Positions 29,777 through 39,330 of a stretch of DNA of 62,568 nucleotides are shown piece after piece. Each line of letters opens with the position of its first letter. Positions within the stretch are counted from its first letter, which is position 1. The stretch spans positions 1 through 62,568 of the forward strand of contig CAMDFL010000003.1 in NCBI GenBank assembly GCA_945897475.1. Direction: 5' to 3'. The notes under the pieces are model-generated. The model did not search any database. It worked only from the letters and a program-made list of their open reading frames with translations, and was not told where the DNA came from. This DNA comes from Bordetella parapertussis (GTDB lineage Bacteria; Pseudomonadota; Gammaproteobacteria; Burkholderiales; SG8-39). The position numbers and the translations under genes are program-made.

Positions 29777-29834
29777 GAACCGCTTCTTCTACGCGGATAC
29801 AAATAATCCGCGCAGAAGAAGCGGTTTCATTTTT
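29777..29834 (+). terminator. long imperfect hairpin followed by a T-run (candidate intrinsic terminator)
   Basis: gaaccgcttcttctacgcggat ... atccgcgcagaagaagcggtttc followed by attttt. Lies between convergent PIN/PhoH and CDGSH genes. Confidence 0.55.
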
Positions 29835-29852
29835 AAAAACTGCTACAACCGA

Positions 29853-30089
29853 TTAAAGGCTTTTATGCGTTCCGTCGCACATTGGCGAGTTTTTGGTGTT
29901 TTTGCAGCCGCATAGAAATACTTTTCCGGCTGTTTCAACCGTGAATTTTTTCGGCGAAAACTCGCCGCCCTTGTGCGAACCGTCGCAAAATGGTTGCTTA
30001 GCGGATTTTCCACAGGCACACCACCGATACTCGCCTGGTTCCAGATCAATGCCGTAGGGTGCTTTTTGCGCGATGACAGGGTCGGCCAC
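29853..30089 (-). CDS. CDGSH iron-sulfur domain protein (two CDGSH motifs)
   Basis: C.C....PFCDGSHK and C.C......MCDGTHK. GTG start preceded by AAGGAG. Confidence 0.85.
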   Translation of the reverse strand: MADPVIAQKAPYGIDLEPGEYRWCACGKSAKQPFCDGSHKGGEFSPKKFTVETAGKVFLCGCKNTKNSPMCDGTHKSL

Positions 30090-30259
30090 GATTAGACTCC
30101 TTGAGATTCAAGCGGCTGCTTGTTGGCGGTCATTTTACGCAAACTCGCGCCTCTGAGGCGCAGGCGCCGGTTGAACCGCGGAGCAATTGTCCCGAACGCC
30201 CTGTAAAATTCACACTGGATCCACGATCAATCGCGGAATTTGAACGATAAGCAGGAGTC

Positions 30260-30664
30260 ATGATGACGGATAAAGTCAAAAAAACCGATGCCGAATGGCG
30301 CGCTCAACTCTCGGCCATGCAATACAACGTCGCCCGAAAACAGGGTACCGAACAGGCCTTCACCGGAGAATTCTGGGACCAGCATGAAAAAGGCACCTAC
30401 CGCTGCATCTGCTGCGGCACCGAGTTATTCAGCTCAGAAACCAAATTCGATTCCGGCACCGGTTGGCCATCGTATTGGGCACCGATCAGCCCTGAAAACG
30501 TCTCCACGGAAACCGACAACTCCTGGCTGATGAGCCGAACGGAAGCCGTGTGCGCGGTTTGCGATGCGCACCTGGGCCACGTTTTCAACGATGGGCCAGC
30601 ACCCACGGGCCAAAGGTATTGCATCAACTCAGCTTCGCTGAAATTCGAAAAGAAACAGGACTGA
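30260..30664 (+). CDS. msrB: peptide-methionine (R)-S-oxide reductase
   Basis: GTYRCICCG...GWPS...C..C..HLGHVF...P....RYCINS motifs. Confidence 0.95.
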   Translation: MMTDKVKKTDAEWRAQLSAMQYNVARKQGTEQAFTGEFWDQHEKGTYRCICCGTELFSSETKFDSGTGWPSYWAPISPENVSTETDNSWLMSRTEAVCAVCDAHLGHVFNDGPAPTGQRYCINSASLKFEKKQD

Positions 30665-30748
30665 TCACGACGCAGCTATCGCATTTCGGATTCCAAAAAG
30701 GACACCGAGCGGGTGTCCACCGTGCTTTCTCACCGCTATAATTGCGAT

Positions 30749-31303
30749 ATGAAATTTCTGTTCGACCTTTTTCCTATCATTTTGTTTTTCATCGCGTTCA
30801 AGGCGTGGGATATTTATGCCGCCACCGCGGTTGCGATTGCCGCGACCATCGGGCAGATCGCCTACCTCAAGGCGCGCGGACGCAAGGTCGAAACCATGAT
30901 GTGGGTAAGCCTGGCGATCATCGTGGTATTCGGCGGCGCCACCATCGCATTGCAGGACGAAACATTCATCAAGTGGAAACCCACGGTTCTCTATTGGCTT
31001 TTCGCCCTGATTCTTGGCGGCGCGGAGGTCTTCTTCCACAAAAATCTTATCCGCTCGCTGATGCAGGCGCAGCAGATCACCATGCCCGATAACGCCTGGC
31101 GCACGCTCAACTGGAGTTGGGCAGGATTCTTCGTCGCCATGGGTGTTCTCAACCTGTACGTCGCCTTCAATTTCAGCACCGACACCTGGGTTAGCTTCAA
31201 ACTGTTCGGCGGCATGGGGTTGATGCTGGTGTTCGTCGTCATCCAGGCCTTGTATATGTCGCGCTACATCGTCGAAAAGGAAGGCGCGGGAGAACAGAAA
31301 TGA
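30749..31303 (+). CDS. yciB: intracellular septation protein A (YciB/IspZ)
   Basis: Uses the internal start [14 protein letters not shown] of ORF 30713..31303. Multi-TM protein. TATAAT at 30737-30742 lies 6 nt before the ATG. Confidence 0.88.
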   Translation: MKFLFDLFPIILFFIAFKAWDIYAATAVAIAATIGQIAYLKARGRKVETMMWVSLAIIVVFGGATIALQDETFIKWKPTVLYWLFALILGGAEVFFHKNLIRSLMQAQQITMPDNAWRTLNWSWAGFFVAMGVLNLYVAFNFSTDTWVSFKLFGGMGLMLVFVVIQALYMSRYIVEKEGAGEQK

Positions 31304-31563
31304 ATCTTGCTGAGGCAATCCGTGAGCGCTTGGCCGCTTTGGCGCCCGAATCGATTGAACTCACCGATGACTCGGCGCAACACGCCGGTCATCAGGGCGC
31401 GCGTGAGGGCGGCAGCCATTTCAGTCTTGTCATCGTCTCCTCGCGTTTTTCCGGCATGAATACGCTATCGCGGCATCGACTGGTTTATGAGGCAATGGGG
31501 CCATTGATGCAACATCAAATCCACGCCCTTGCCATCCGCGCCCTAACAGCCGATGAACTGTGA
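31300..31563 (+). CDS. BolA-family protein
   Basis: 87 aa. D.S..H.GH and F...IVS..F.G......HR.VY pattern. 4-nt overlap with yciB. Confidence 0.85.
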   Translation: MNLAEAIRERLAALAPESIELTDDSAQHAGHQGAREGGSHFSLVIVSSRFSGMNTLSRHRLVYEAMGPLMQHQIHALAIRALTADEL

Positions 31564-31633
31564 TCCGAGGAAATTCGCCCGTGTTTCGCTCAAATTCTGT
31601 TCGAATTTTCTTATTAGCGGGAAGAGAATCTAA

Positions 31634-32485
31634 ATGAAATCCAAGCGCTCCCTCAATCGCCCCCTCGAACTCGCACTGCTACTTGCTGCCGCACTCGCCG
31701 TACCGGTTTTTGCCCAAACATCCAAGCCGCCAGTCTCATCGCAAGCGCCGGTGTTGCCGATACCCGCCGGCGCCAATCGCGTGGCTACGGTGAATGGGAA
31801 AGCCATACCACGTACCCGGGTCGAAACGGTAATCAAGCAACAGACCGCACGAGGCGTTGCGGACAACGAGCAATTGCGCCAGGCCGTCACCGAGCGCTTG
31901 ATCAATTTCGAATTGGTGGCGCAGGAAGTCGAACGCCGCGGATTGAACAAAAACTCGGAAGTCCAGACCCAGATAGAAATTGCTCGCCAACAGGTTTTGT
32001 TCGAAATCTATATGCAGGATTATTTCAAAGCAAGACCGATCAGCGAGTCCATCCTGCGCTCAGAGTATGAAAAAGTGCGCGCGCAGCGCGGTGAGCGCGA
32101 ATACAAGGCGCGGCACGTGCTGGTCGACAGCGAGTCGGAGGCAAAAAACATCATCGATCAATTGGGCAAGGGCGAGAAAATTGAGGAACTTGCGAAGGTG
32201 TCCAAGGACAGCGGATCACGCGAACGCGGCGGCGACCTTGGCTGGAACGCCGCTGGTACCTTCGTCAAACCCTTTGCCGACGCGCTGGCGAAACTTGAAA
32301 AAGGCAAGTACTCAACACAGGCGGTGCAGTCGCAGTTCGGCTGGCACGTCATTTATCTGGAGGACGTTCGCAACGTCCAGTTCCCCCCGTATGAACAGGT
32401 GAAACCGCAGATCCAGAATGCCCTGCAAGAGCAGGAGGTTCAGAAAGTGTTCTCGGATTTGCGCGCCAAGGCAAAGATCGAATAG
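31634..32485 (+). CDS. parvulin-type peptidyl-prolyl cis-trans isomerase (secreted)
   Basis: Signal peptide. Rotamase core ARHVLV......A, GGDLGW and FGWHVI. Confidence 0.88.
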   Translation: MKSKRSLNRPLELALLLAAALAVPVFAQTSKPPVSSQAPVLPIPAGANRVATVNGKAIPRTRVETVIKQQTARGVADNEQLRQAVTERLINFELVAQEVERRGLNKNSEVQTQIEIARQQVLFEIYMQDYFKARPISESILRSEYEKVRAQRGEREYKARHVLVDSESEAKNIIDQLGKGEKIEELAKVSKDSGSRERGGDLGWNAAGTFVKPFADALAKLEKGKYSTQAVQSQFGWHVIYLEDVRNVQFPPYEQVKPQIQNALQEQEVQKVFSDLRAKAKIE

Positions 32486-32518
32486 CGCATTAAGCTGGCC
32501 GTTTGGTGCCGGATTAAG

Positions 32519-33700
32519 TCAGATAACGCCAGCGGCGCGCAACACGCCGATCGCCGCCGCGTCGCAACCTAATTCCCCAAGCACCTCATCGGTATGCTGG
32601 CCCTTGTCGGGCGTGGTCGAGACAAATCCTGCCGGCGTGCGAGAGAGCTTTACCATTTGACCGAGGACGCGTTGCTTGCCCAGTCGCGGATGCGTCATCT
32701 CCACTGCCGCGCCCAGGTGCTTGACTTGCGGATCAGCGAAAGTCTGGTCGATGCTGTAGATGGGCCCGCAGGGAATGCCGGCATTGTTTAAGATCTCCTG
32801 CCACTGGGCGCTGGATTTGGCGCGCATGGCCTTGTCGATTTCGGCGTTTAACGCCTGACGATGCTTGGAGCGCGCGTCCATATCCTTGTAATCAGGGTTG
32901 TCGAGCATGTCATTGCGGCCGATTGCGTCGCACAAACGCTTCCACATCGTTGTTCCAGACGCAGCGACGTTCATATGGCCGTCGGCAGTGGTATAGGCCG
33001 AGGTCGGCATATTGGTCGGATGATCGTTACCCACCTGCTTGGCCACATCCCCCGATTGGATATAGCGCGCCGCTTGGAAATCCAACAGCTGCAGTCCACC
33101 TTGTATTAAATTGGATTGCACCCATTGACCTTCGCCCGAGCGCGCGCGTTCGTGTAACGCGGTCATGATGCCCAAGGCTGCCAGCATTCCCGCGGTGATG
33201 TCGGCCACCGCGGCCCCAGCGCGCAGCGGGCCTTGGCCGGGGAATCCAGTCACCGACATCAGCCCGCTCATGCCCTGCCCGATCTGATCAAAGCCAGGAC
33301 GCTCGCGGTAAGGACCGTCCTGACCGAAACCGGAAATGCTGGCGAGAATGATCTTGCGATTCACCGTCCTGAGCGTTTCATAATCGACACCCAAGCGAAA
33401 TTTCACATCGGGGCGGTAGTTCTCCACCACCACATCGGCGGTTTTCACCAGGCGCATGAAGATCTCTTTTCCCTCCGGCGCTTTGAGGTTGAGGGTCATC
33501 GAACGCTTGTTGCGATGCAGGTTCTGAAAATCCGAACCGTCCCGAGATCCGCCCAGATCCTCGGCCTCGACCGATTCGATCTTGATAACGTCGGCGCCGA
33601 AATCGGAAAACTGCTTCACGCAAGTCGGGCCGGCGCGCACCCGGCTGAGATCCAGGATGCGCAGGTCTTCGAACGCGGTAGAGGCTTTGATTCTAGGCAT
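32519..33700 (-). CDS. family III (CaiB/BaiF) CoA-transferase
   Basis: LRILDLSRVRAGPTC..FSDFGADVIKIE N-terminus typical of the family. Confidence 0.9.
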   Translation of the reverse strand: MPRIKASTAFEDLRILDLSRVRAGPTCVKQFSDFGADVIKIESVEAEDLGGSRDGSDFQNLHRNKRSMTLNLKAPEGKEIFMRLVKTADVVVENYRPDVKFRLGVDYETLRTVNRKIILASISGFGQDGPYRERPGFDQIGQGMSGLMSVTGFPGQGPLRAGAAVADITAGMLAALGIMTALHERARSGEGQWVQSNLIQGGLQLLDFQAARYIQSGDVAKQVGNDHPTNMPTSAYTTADGHMNVAASGTTMWKRLCDAIGRNDMLDNPDYKDMDARSKHRQALNAEIDKAMRAKSSAQWQEILNNAGIPCGPIYSIDQTFADPQVKHLGAAVEMTHPRLGKQRVLGQMVKLSRTPAGFVSTTPDKGQHTDEVLGELGCDAAAIGVLRAAGVI

Positions 33701-34022
33701 TGAAAATTCCCTTCTGAATGAAACGCCGGAGTAAAACGCTGCCAGGCAAGTTCAAGTTATCGATCATTCCCAAAAACATGACAGCCTCGTAAAAGGCATA
33801 TTTTTGTGATGATTTATGAATTTCGTGATAATTCGGACCTGCCCCCTGCGATTTGAATATCGGGCTGGTATTGGTGACGCCGAGGAGCTTGGCCTTGCCC
33901 GATGTAATCAAAGGGTGAGCGGTTGAATAAGCGAGCATTGCAAGAGGCACCTGGCCGCCAAAGCCAACAACGAAACTCGGTTCATATGCGCTCTCCTCGA
34001 CAATAAGGTTTCGTTTCAACAT
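33693..34022 (-). CDS. hypothetical 109-aa protein in a low-GC wedge; possible decayed Bug-family fragment
   Basis: ATGA overlap with the upstream hydrolase stop and 8-nt overlap with the CoA-transferase start. Weak Bug-like GGQV....SGKAKLLGVT. Visibly lower GC than the flanks. Confidence 0.3.
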   Translation of the reverse strand: MLKRNLIVEESAYEPSFVVGFGGQVPLAMLAYSTAHPLITSGKAKLLGVTNTSPIFKSQGAGPNYHEIHKSSQKYAFYEAVMFLGMIDNLNLPGSVLLRRFIQKGIFNA

Positions 34023-35383
34023 CAGTACCGATCATTCATCCACTTCGCCATGTAATCGAACATATTATTCACGCTGTTGGAATACTGCGCCGGCGTTTTT
34101 TCGCACTCAGTGCAGGGCGTGAAGCCATGCGTGGCGCCTTCGATCACGACGAAATCCTTGTCCTTGCTGCGCGACACATCGTAATGCCGTTCATTGTCTC
34201 GGATAAAGTAGTGCGCGCCCATGGCCACGAACAGCACCGGTACGGTAATGGACTGCACCGCGCAAACCGTTGAGTTGTTGCTGGAACAGTGATCGACATC
34301 GCTATAGGCATCCTTGGAACGCACCGAATTGGCGGAAAGAAAGGATCGCAGCGTATACAACTTGGTGCCGGTGTTGAATTGCAGGTTGCTGCGTGCAAGG
34401 GACGGATTCGCGACGAACACGCTTTTCACCGCCTGTGTGGCAATGGTTCCATCGTTGCGAATCAGCTTGGCGGCCCGCGCCGTGCTGTTGACCGCGGCAA
34501 TGTCAGGCTGCGCGATATAAAGCGCCGCCGAACCGCCCGGCCCCGATCCCGGATTGCCACCGCCGGGAATGATCACCAGATCGCTGTCGCCGTATGCGTA
34601 GTCGCCGCGCTTGATGCGCGCAAGTTTCTCCTCAGCCGAGGCGATCAGGCGGTTCAGACGGTCCGACTGCGCCTTGGTGTAACGCGCCTGAAACTCCGGC
34701 GAATAGTTCGATGCGCCCTTGGGGTTGAAACCGTTACGCGGATCGAGCATGTCGAGCTCCGGATTAAATCGCTTCTCAGGCGGATTGGTCTCGCTCACGA
34801 AAGCGGGGTTGATGCCGCGCAGCAGGTTTACCGCGTTGCCCGGATGCGCATCGGCGAACACGATGCCGTCCGCGCGCGGCAGGCCCGCGATGTCGTCGGC
34901 GCATTCGGTGATCTTGTTCTTGCCTTTGCAGTAGGCAGTTCCGTTTTCCGCGACCGCCTGGTAGAGCGACATCAGCGGTCCGCCCCCGCTATGGGCGAAA
35001 AGCACCACCTTGGCAATACCGGCCTGCTTACGCAGCAACTCGACACCGGCCTTTACATCAAGCGGCAACTTCTCAAAGTCCACTGCCGGCTCGTTATTCT
35101 CGTAGCGCGTGTTCATGCACAACATCAAAAAGCCGCGCCGCGACAGTTCAGTGCAGGCGCGATGCCCAAGATAGTTGGAGGTGCGGTGCATCACCAGAAC
35201 GCCGACGCGCGGCGCGGGGCCAGTATCGGGCCGATACATCGCCGCCTTGACCACTCCTTGAAAGGCGATGAACTCTGGCTTGGTTTGGGAAAGCGCGGCC
35301 ACCGGGGCGAGGCAAAGCAGCATTGCTGCCTGGACACGCGCCATAAAAAGTACGCCACCATTTTTTCTCAACGAATTAATCAT
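34022..35383 (-). CDS. secreted alpha/beta-hydrolase-fold protein
   Basis: Signal-peptide-like N-terminus. Nucleophile elbow VVLFAHSGGG. AGGGGA Shine-Dalgarno sequence 7 nt upstream of the ATG at 35383. Confidence 0.7.
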   Translation of the reverse strand: MINSLRKNGGVLFMARVQAAMLLCLAPVAALSQTKPEFIAFQGVVKAAMYRPDTGPAPRVGVLVMHRTSNYLGHRACTELSRRGFLMLCMNTRYENNEPAVDFEKLPLDVKAGVELLRKQAGIAKVVLFAHSGGGPLMSLYQAVAENGTAYCKGKNKITECADDIAGLPRADGIVFADAHPGNAVNLLRGINPAFVSETNPPEKRFNPELDMLDPRNGFNPKGASNYSPEFQARYTKAQSDRLNRLIASAEEKLARIKRGDYAYGDSDLVIIPGGGNPGSGPGGSAALYIAQPDIAAVNSTARAAKLIRNDGTIATQAVKSVFVANPSLARSNLQFNTGTKLYTLRSFLSANSVRSKDAYSDVDHCSSNNSTVCAVQSITVPVLFVAMGAHYFIRDNERHYDVSRSKDKDFVVIEGATHGFTPCTECEKTPAQYSNSVNNMFDYMAKWMNDRY

Positions 35384-35525
35384 TCGAGTCCCCTAAGTTA
35401 GCCAGCCACGAAAAATGCAGGGCTTCGCCCTCTGGCCATTTCGCCACCGCGACGTGAATCAAATCGCATGGCACTAAATCTCGTTCTTGAAAAACCGGTT
35501 GCCACCATTGTCCACACTTCCGTGT

Positions 35526-35897
35526 TTATTCCTTTCGCCGACGACGGTAGTTTCCGGCATAGATTGCCGCATTGACGAGGATAACTACACCGGCAAGCAC
35601 GTATTGAATTTCTTCGGTCAGGCCGGAAGGATAGATGATTTCCAGCAGATAGCGCTCGACGAAGCTCTCGGTGTAGCCCGAGTCACCGGCCTTCACGCGA
35701 AAATAATTCTCCAGATAAGTGAGCGGACAGACGCGGCCGGTGAACTCAACGAACAAGGCCCAAGCGACTGCCGGAAGGTGAACGACAGGAGTCCAGCGCC
35801 ACCATGCCGCCATTGTGCCACCGAGCAGGGCAAACAAAATGAAGGCCAAGTGCAGCAGGAGTACACCATCGGCAGCCAGACGGTCGAACATGAGCAC
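35526..35897 (-). CDS. DUF2784-family membrane protein
   Basis: 123 aa. LLLHL.FI.F...G, CPLT.LEN and LTEE motifs typical of DUF2784 as recalled. Confidence 0.7.
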   Translation of the reverse strand: MLMFDRLAADGVLLLHLAFILFALLGGTMAAWWRWTPVVHLPAVAWALFVEFTGRVCPLTYLENYFRVKAGDSGYTESFVERYLLEIIYPSGLTEEIQYVLAGVVILVNAAIYAGNYRRRRKE

Positions 35898-35930
35898 GCC
35901 GGCGCGCTATCGGATTGTGCGAGCCCGGCG

Positions 35931-36923
35931 TCAAATCTTGAAGGATTCCAGACTCTCCGGCGCGAACAAGTCCTCGGGCTTCATTCGCGTCTTGGACAGC
36001 CCCTGTTCGTGGTGATAGCGCAGGAAGGTATCCAACACATGCCGGTTGGCCTCGAACCCATAGGCCCACCAGTCATCTCCCAACTCACGCCGTGCTTCCT
36101 CCACATGCGCCACCTGCCAGGGCAGCATGGTGGTGAGGGCGGAGGTGGTGTAGAGGTTCGCATACACGCGACGTTGCGCATCCATGAAGGCCTTGCACAA
36201 TGATTGCGCGATCCAGCGATTGGCCTCATAGACGTCGCGGCGTATCACTACGGTGTGCATGATGGGAAATATTTTAGTCTTGCGGAAATAAGCCTTTTCC
36301 ACTTCAACGTAGTCTTCGAACAGCCGTTTCACGGTTCCCGGACGTGTTAGAAACGTCGAAGGCATGCGAGCGGTTTGCAGTGCATCGATCTCGCCGTCAG
36401 CGATCATCTGGGTGAGAATTTTCTCAGGACCGATAGCGCGCACGCGGAATTTTTCCGGCAAATCGATTTTGATCTTCTCGTCGCGACCAGGCTCTTCCTC
36501 ACCGCCGCTCCAATACTCGGGGCTGGAAGGATCGACGCCGTATTCGTCCTGAAGAATTCCGCGTATCCACACCGGCGCGGTCATCTGGTATTCGGGAACG
36601 CCAATGCGTTTTCCGATCAGGTCTTTGGGCTCGCGAATGTTCGACTTGGCGGAAACATAAATACTTGAATGACGGAAAAAGCGCGAGGGGAACACCGGAA
36701 TCGCGATGAAGGGCGAATTGCCGCGCGCTGCCGACACGGTGTAGGAAGACAAGGACATCTCCGCCACATCGAACTCACGATTTCGCAGCATGCGGAAAAA
36801 CGTTTCTTCGACGTGCAGATTCAGGCAGTTGAGTTCGATGCCCTCGGCCTGCACGCTGCCATCGGCCAGAGCGCGGGTGCGATCATATTCCCAGCATGCG
36901 AGAGTTAAATTCAGTTTTGACAC
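35931..36923 (-). CDS. 4,5-dihydroxyphthalate decarboxylase-like (PhtD / NMT1-fold) protein
   Basis: GTG start. MSKLNLTLACWEYDRTRAL.DG and FFRMLRN.EFDV.EMSLSSY resemble PhtD-family decarboxylases. No signal peptide. Confidence 0.65.
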   Translation of the reverse strand: MSKLNLTLACWEYDRTRALADGSVQAEGIELNCLNLHVEETFFRMLRNREFDVAEMSLSSYTVSAARGNSPFIAIPVFPSRFFRHSSIYVSAKSNIREPKDLIGKRIGVPEYQMTAPVWIRGILQDEYGVDPSSPEYWSGGEEEPGRDEKIKIDLPEKFRVRAIGPEKILTQMIADGEIDALQTARMPSTFLTRPGTVKRLFEDYVEVEKAYFRKTKIFPIMHTVVIRRDVYEANRWIAQSLCKAFMDAQRRVYANLYTTSALTTMLPWQVAHVEEARRELGDDWWAYGFEANRHVLDTFLRYHHEQGLSKTRMKPEDLFAPESLESFKI

Positions 36924-36938
36924 AAATATTTCTCTTTC

Positions 36939-36964
36939 AAAAAATCGGCCCCCTGCCGGGGGCC
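36939..36964 (-). terminator. rho-independent terminator after the iorB-like gene
   Basis: On the minus strand: GGCCCCC-ggca-GGGGGCC followed by gaTTTTTT. Confidence 0.75.
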
Positions 36965-37027
36965 TTATTCACAAAATTGGCCAAGCACGGAGTCAAGCGG
37001 CGCCAATAACACAGCGCCTGGATTGTC

Positions 37028-39319
37028 TCAAGCCTTCTCCAACAAGGCCTTCACCCGCTCCCGCGTCATTGGCACACGTCGAATGCGAACACCGGTTGCA
37101 TCGAAAAAGGCGTTGGCAATCGCCGCCGGGATGCAACGCATGGTCGGTTCACCCGCCCCGCTGGGTGCAACTTCAGGCCGATTGATCAAGGCAAAATCGA
37201 TGGTCTGCGGCGCATCGCGCATATCCAGAATCGGATAGCTGTTCCAATCGGTGCTGGTGACCATATTGCGATCAAAGCGCACTTCCTCAAGCAAGGTGCG
37301 CGACATCCCCTGCACCACGTTACCTTCAATGGTGTTGCGCAGACCATCGGGATTGATGATCAAACCGCAATCGTGCGCGACAGTGAATTTCTTCGCCCAG
37401 ACGCGTCCTGTTTTCCTCTCGACTTCGACCTCGGCAACGATGGCGACCAGGGTGCCACTGCGCTGCGCGTAGGCAATCCCGCGCCCGGTCATTACATCGC
37501 CTGATTTCGGCCGAGTAGGACCGGGTCGAGCCTGCCAGTTGGCTTTTTCCGCGGCGGCACGAATCACCGCAGCATCGCGCGGCGCCGTCACGTACTTCAG
37601 GCGAAACGCCACCGGGTCTTCTCCGGCGGCGACGGCCAGTTCATCGATGAACTGCTCGCTGGCAAATTGTATTTCCGGCCCGACCGGGTCGCGAAGATGG
37701 GAAGTTCGCAGTGGCGAGCAGTTATTCACGAAGGGCGCAATCGTCTCCCAGGCTAAGCGTTTATTATCGAACGCATAGGACTCCGCCGGAAAACCGAAGT
37801 TGGGAACATTCTTCGCCTGCAAACCCATCTCCTGACCCGCCAGGCTGTCGATAGGGTTCGACTCGTTGGTGGCGATATGATTGCGCGAAAATCCTTTAGA
37901 GACGAATTCATAGGCAATGACCTTGCCCTGCGCATCAAGCGCCGCTCGCGCCCGAAACACGCAGGCCGGACCTTTGGGGTCCCAGGCGGTTCCGTCCGCG
38001 CGATTGCCCTGCACCCGCACCGGCGCGCCGGCAAGTTTCGAGAGCAAGGCCGCGTCGATGGCCGCGTCGCCCGCGTCGTTGCGGCCATAGCAGCCGGCGC
38101 CCGTGACCCAGAGCGCCTGCACTTTCTCTTGAGGCATTTTTAACAAGGCAGCCACGCCATCGCGCACGAAGTGCGGCTTTTGCGACCCGGTCCAAACCGT
38201 GGCGTGGTCGGCGCGCGCATCCACCAGAGCGCAGCCCGGCCCCATGCTGGCATGCGATTGAAACGGCCACTCGTATTCAGCCTCCACCATCCGTGCGGCG
38301 GATTTAAAAGCGGCGGCGACATTGCCTTTGACCGCAGCCTCCTCGGATTTTTCCACCGGCGCCGACCGGATATGGTCGTGCAACTTATCCATGGAAGGAA
38401 ACGGATTACTGGGCGCGGACCAGGAGATCTTCAACATGCGCGCGGCACGCACCGCGTCCCATTCCTTAGGTGCGACCACACCGATAAAGTTCTTTTCACG
38501 TATCACTTTCGCGCCGCGTATTGCGCGGATCGAAGCCTCATCGACTTTCAGGGGTGTTGCGGTGGCATGCGGCGGTCGAATCGCCCGGCCATGCAACATT
38601 CCCGGAATCGAGATATCGGTCACCCAATCGCTGCTGCCGAACACCTTGCCGGCCACATCGCGCCTCGGGAATTCCTTACCCACCACCTTGTACTGGGAAG
38701 GCGGTTTGAGCTTAGCCTTGCCCTCCACATTCATGGCATTGCCGGTCAGTTTGTTCCAAACCACCTTGGAATTGAAAAAACGGCCGCCGATCAATTCGGC
38801 GTAACTGGTTTTTTTGCCATCCGGGCCAAACACCACCCCGTCGTACACATTGCATTGATCCGCTGCGACGCTCCACTGCTGTGCGGCGCGATCAACCAGC
38901 AAACGGCGCGCCTCGGCGGCGGCGTTTCGCAACGGGCGCGCGCCTTGCTGAATGCCGGTGCTGCCCGACGCTCCGCCCTGATTACAGGAGGTGAAGGTGT
39001 TGCACATTTCCACCTGGACGCGCTCGAAGGACACGTCCAGCTCCTCGGCGACAATCTGAGCGATCGCCACCTCGATGCCATGCCCCATGTCCATCTTGCC
39101 AAAGAACGCGGTGATGTTGCCATTGGGAAGAATGGCAATCCAGGAATCCATTTCCACCGGCAGCAATGGCGGCTTGCCGGCCGCGGCCGCGCCTTGCGCA
39201 AGCGAGTCGGCCATCATCACGGCACCTGAGGAACTGACAATCAATGCGCCGGAGGCCTTGAGAAATTCGCGGCGACTCAGGGAAACATCGCCAGTCGACA
39301 AATCTATGCGTGCATTCAT
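37028..39319 (-). CDS. molybdopterin-binding oxidoreductase large subunit (IorB / aldehyde oxidase family), Tat-exported
   Basis: Uses the internal start MNARIDL of ORF 37028..39502, preceded by GGGAGAG. Twin-arginine signal SRREFLKASGAL. Xanthine dehydrogenase-family domains. Confidence 0.9.
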   Translation of the reverse strand: MNARIDLSTGDVSLSRREFLKASGALIVSSSGAVMMADSLAQGAAAAGKPPLLPVEMDSWIAILPNGNITAFFGKMDMGHGIEVAIAQIVAEELDVSFERVQVEMCNTFTSCNQGGASGSTGIQQGARPLRNAAAEARRLLVDRAAQQWSVAADQCNVYDGVVFGPDGKKTSYAELIGGRFFNSKVVWNKLTGNAMNVEGKAKLKPPSQYKVVGKEFPRRDVAGKVFGSSDWVTDISIPGMLHGRAIRPPHATATPLKVDEASIRAIRGAKVIREKNFIGVVAPKEWDAVRAARMLKISWSAPSNPFPSMDKLHDHIRSAPVEKSEEAAVKGNVAAAFKSAARMVEAEYEWPFQSHASMGPGCALVDARADHATVWTGSQKPHFVRDGVAALLKMPQEKVQALWVTGAGCYGRNDAGDAAIDAALLSKLAGAPVRVQGNRADGTAWDPKGPACVFRARAALDAQGKVIAYEFVSKGFSRNHIATNESNPIDSLAGQEMGLQAKNVPNFGFPAESYAFDNKRLAWETIAPFVNNCSPLRTSHLRDPVGPEIQFASEQFIDELAVAAGEDPVAFRLKYVTAPRDAAVIRAAAEKANWQARPGPTRPKSGDVMTGRGIAYAQRSGTLVAIVAEVEVERKTGRVWAKKFTVAHDCGLIINPDGLRNTIEGNVVQGMSRTLLEEVRFDRNMVTSTDWNSYPILDMRDAPQTIDFALINRPEVAPSGAGEPTMRCIPAAIANAFFDATGVRIRRVPMTRERVKALLEKA

Positions 39320-39330
39320 GATCGCTCTCC

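Noticed and set aside
29463-29915. ORFs 29463..29915 and 58505..58822, which share the peptide FIIR.KAT.RT.GFF
   Set aside because: The shared peptide is simply the translation of the dispersed ~70-bp nucleotide repeat. Both ORFs cross hairpin-rich intergenic DNA and lack coding-like composition.
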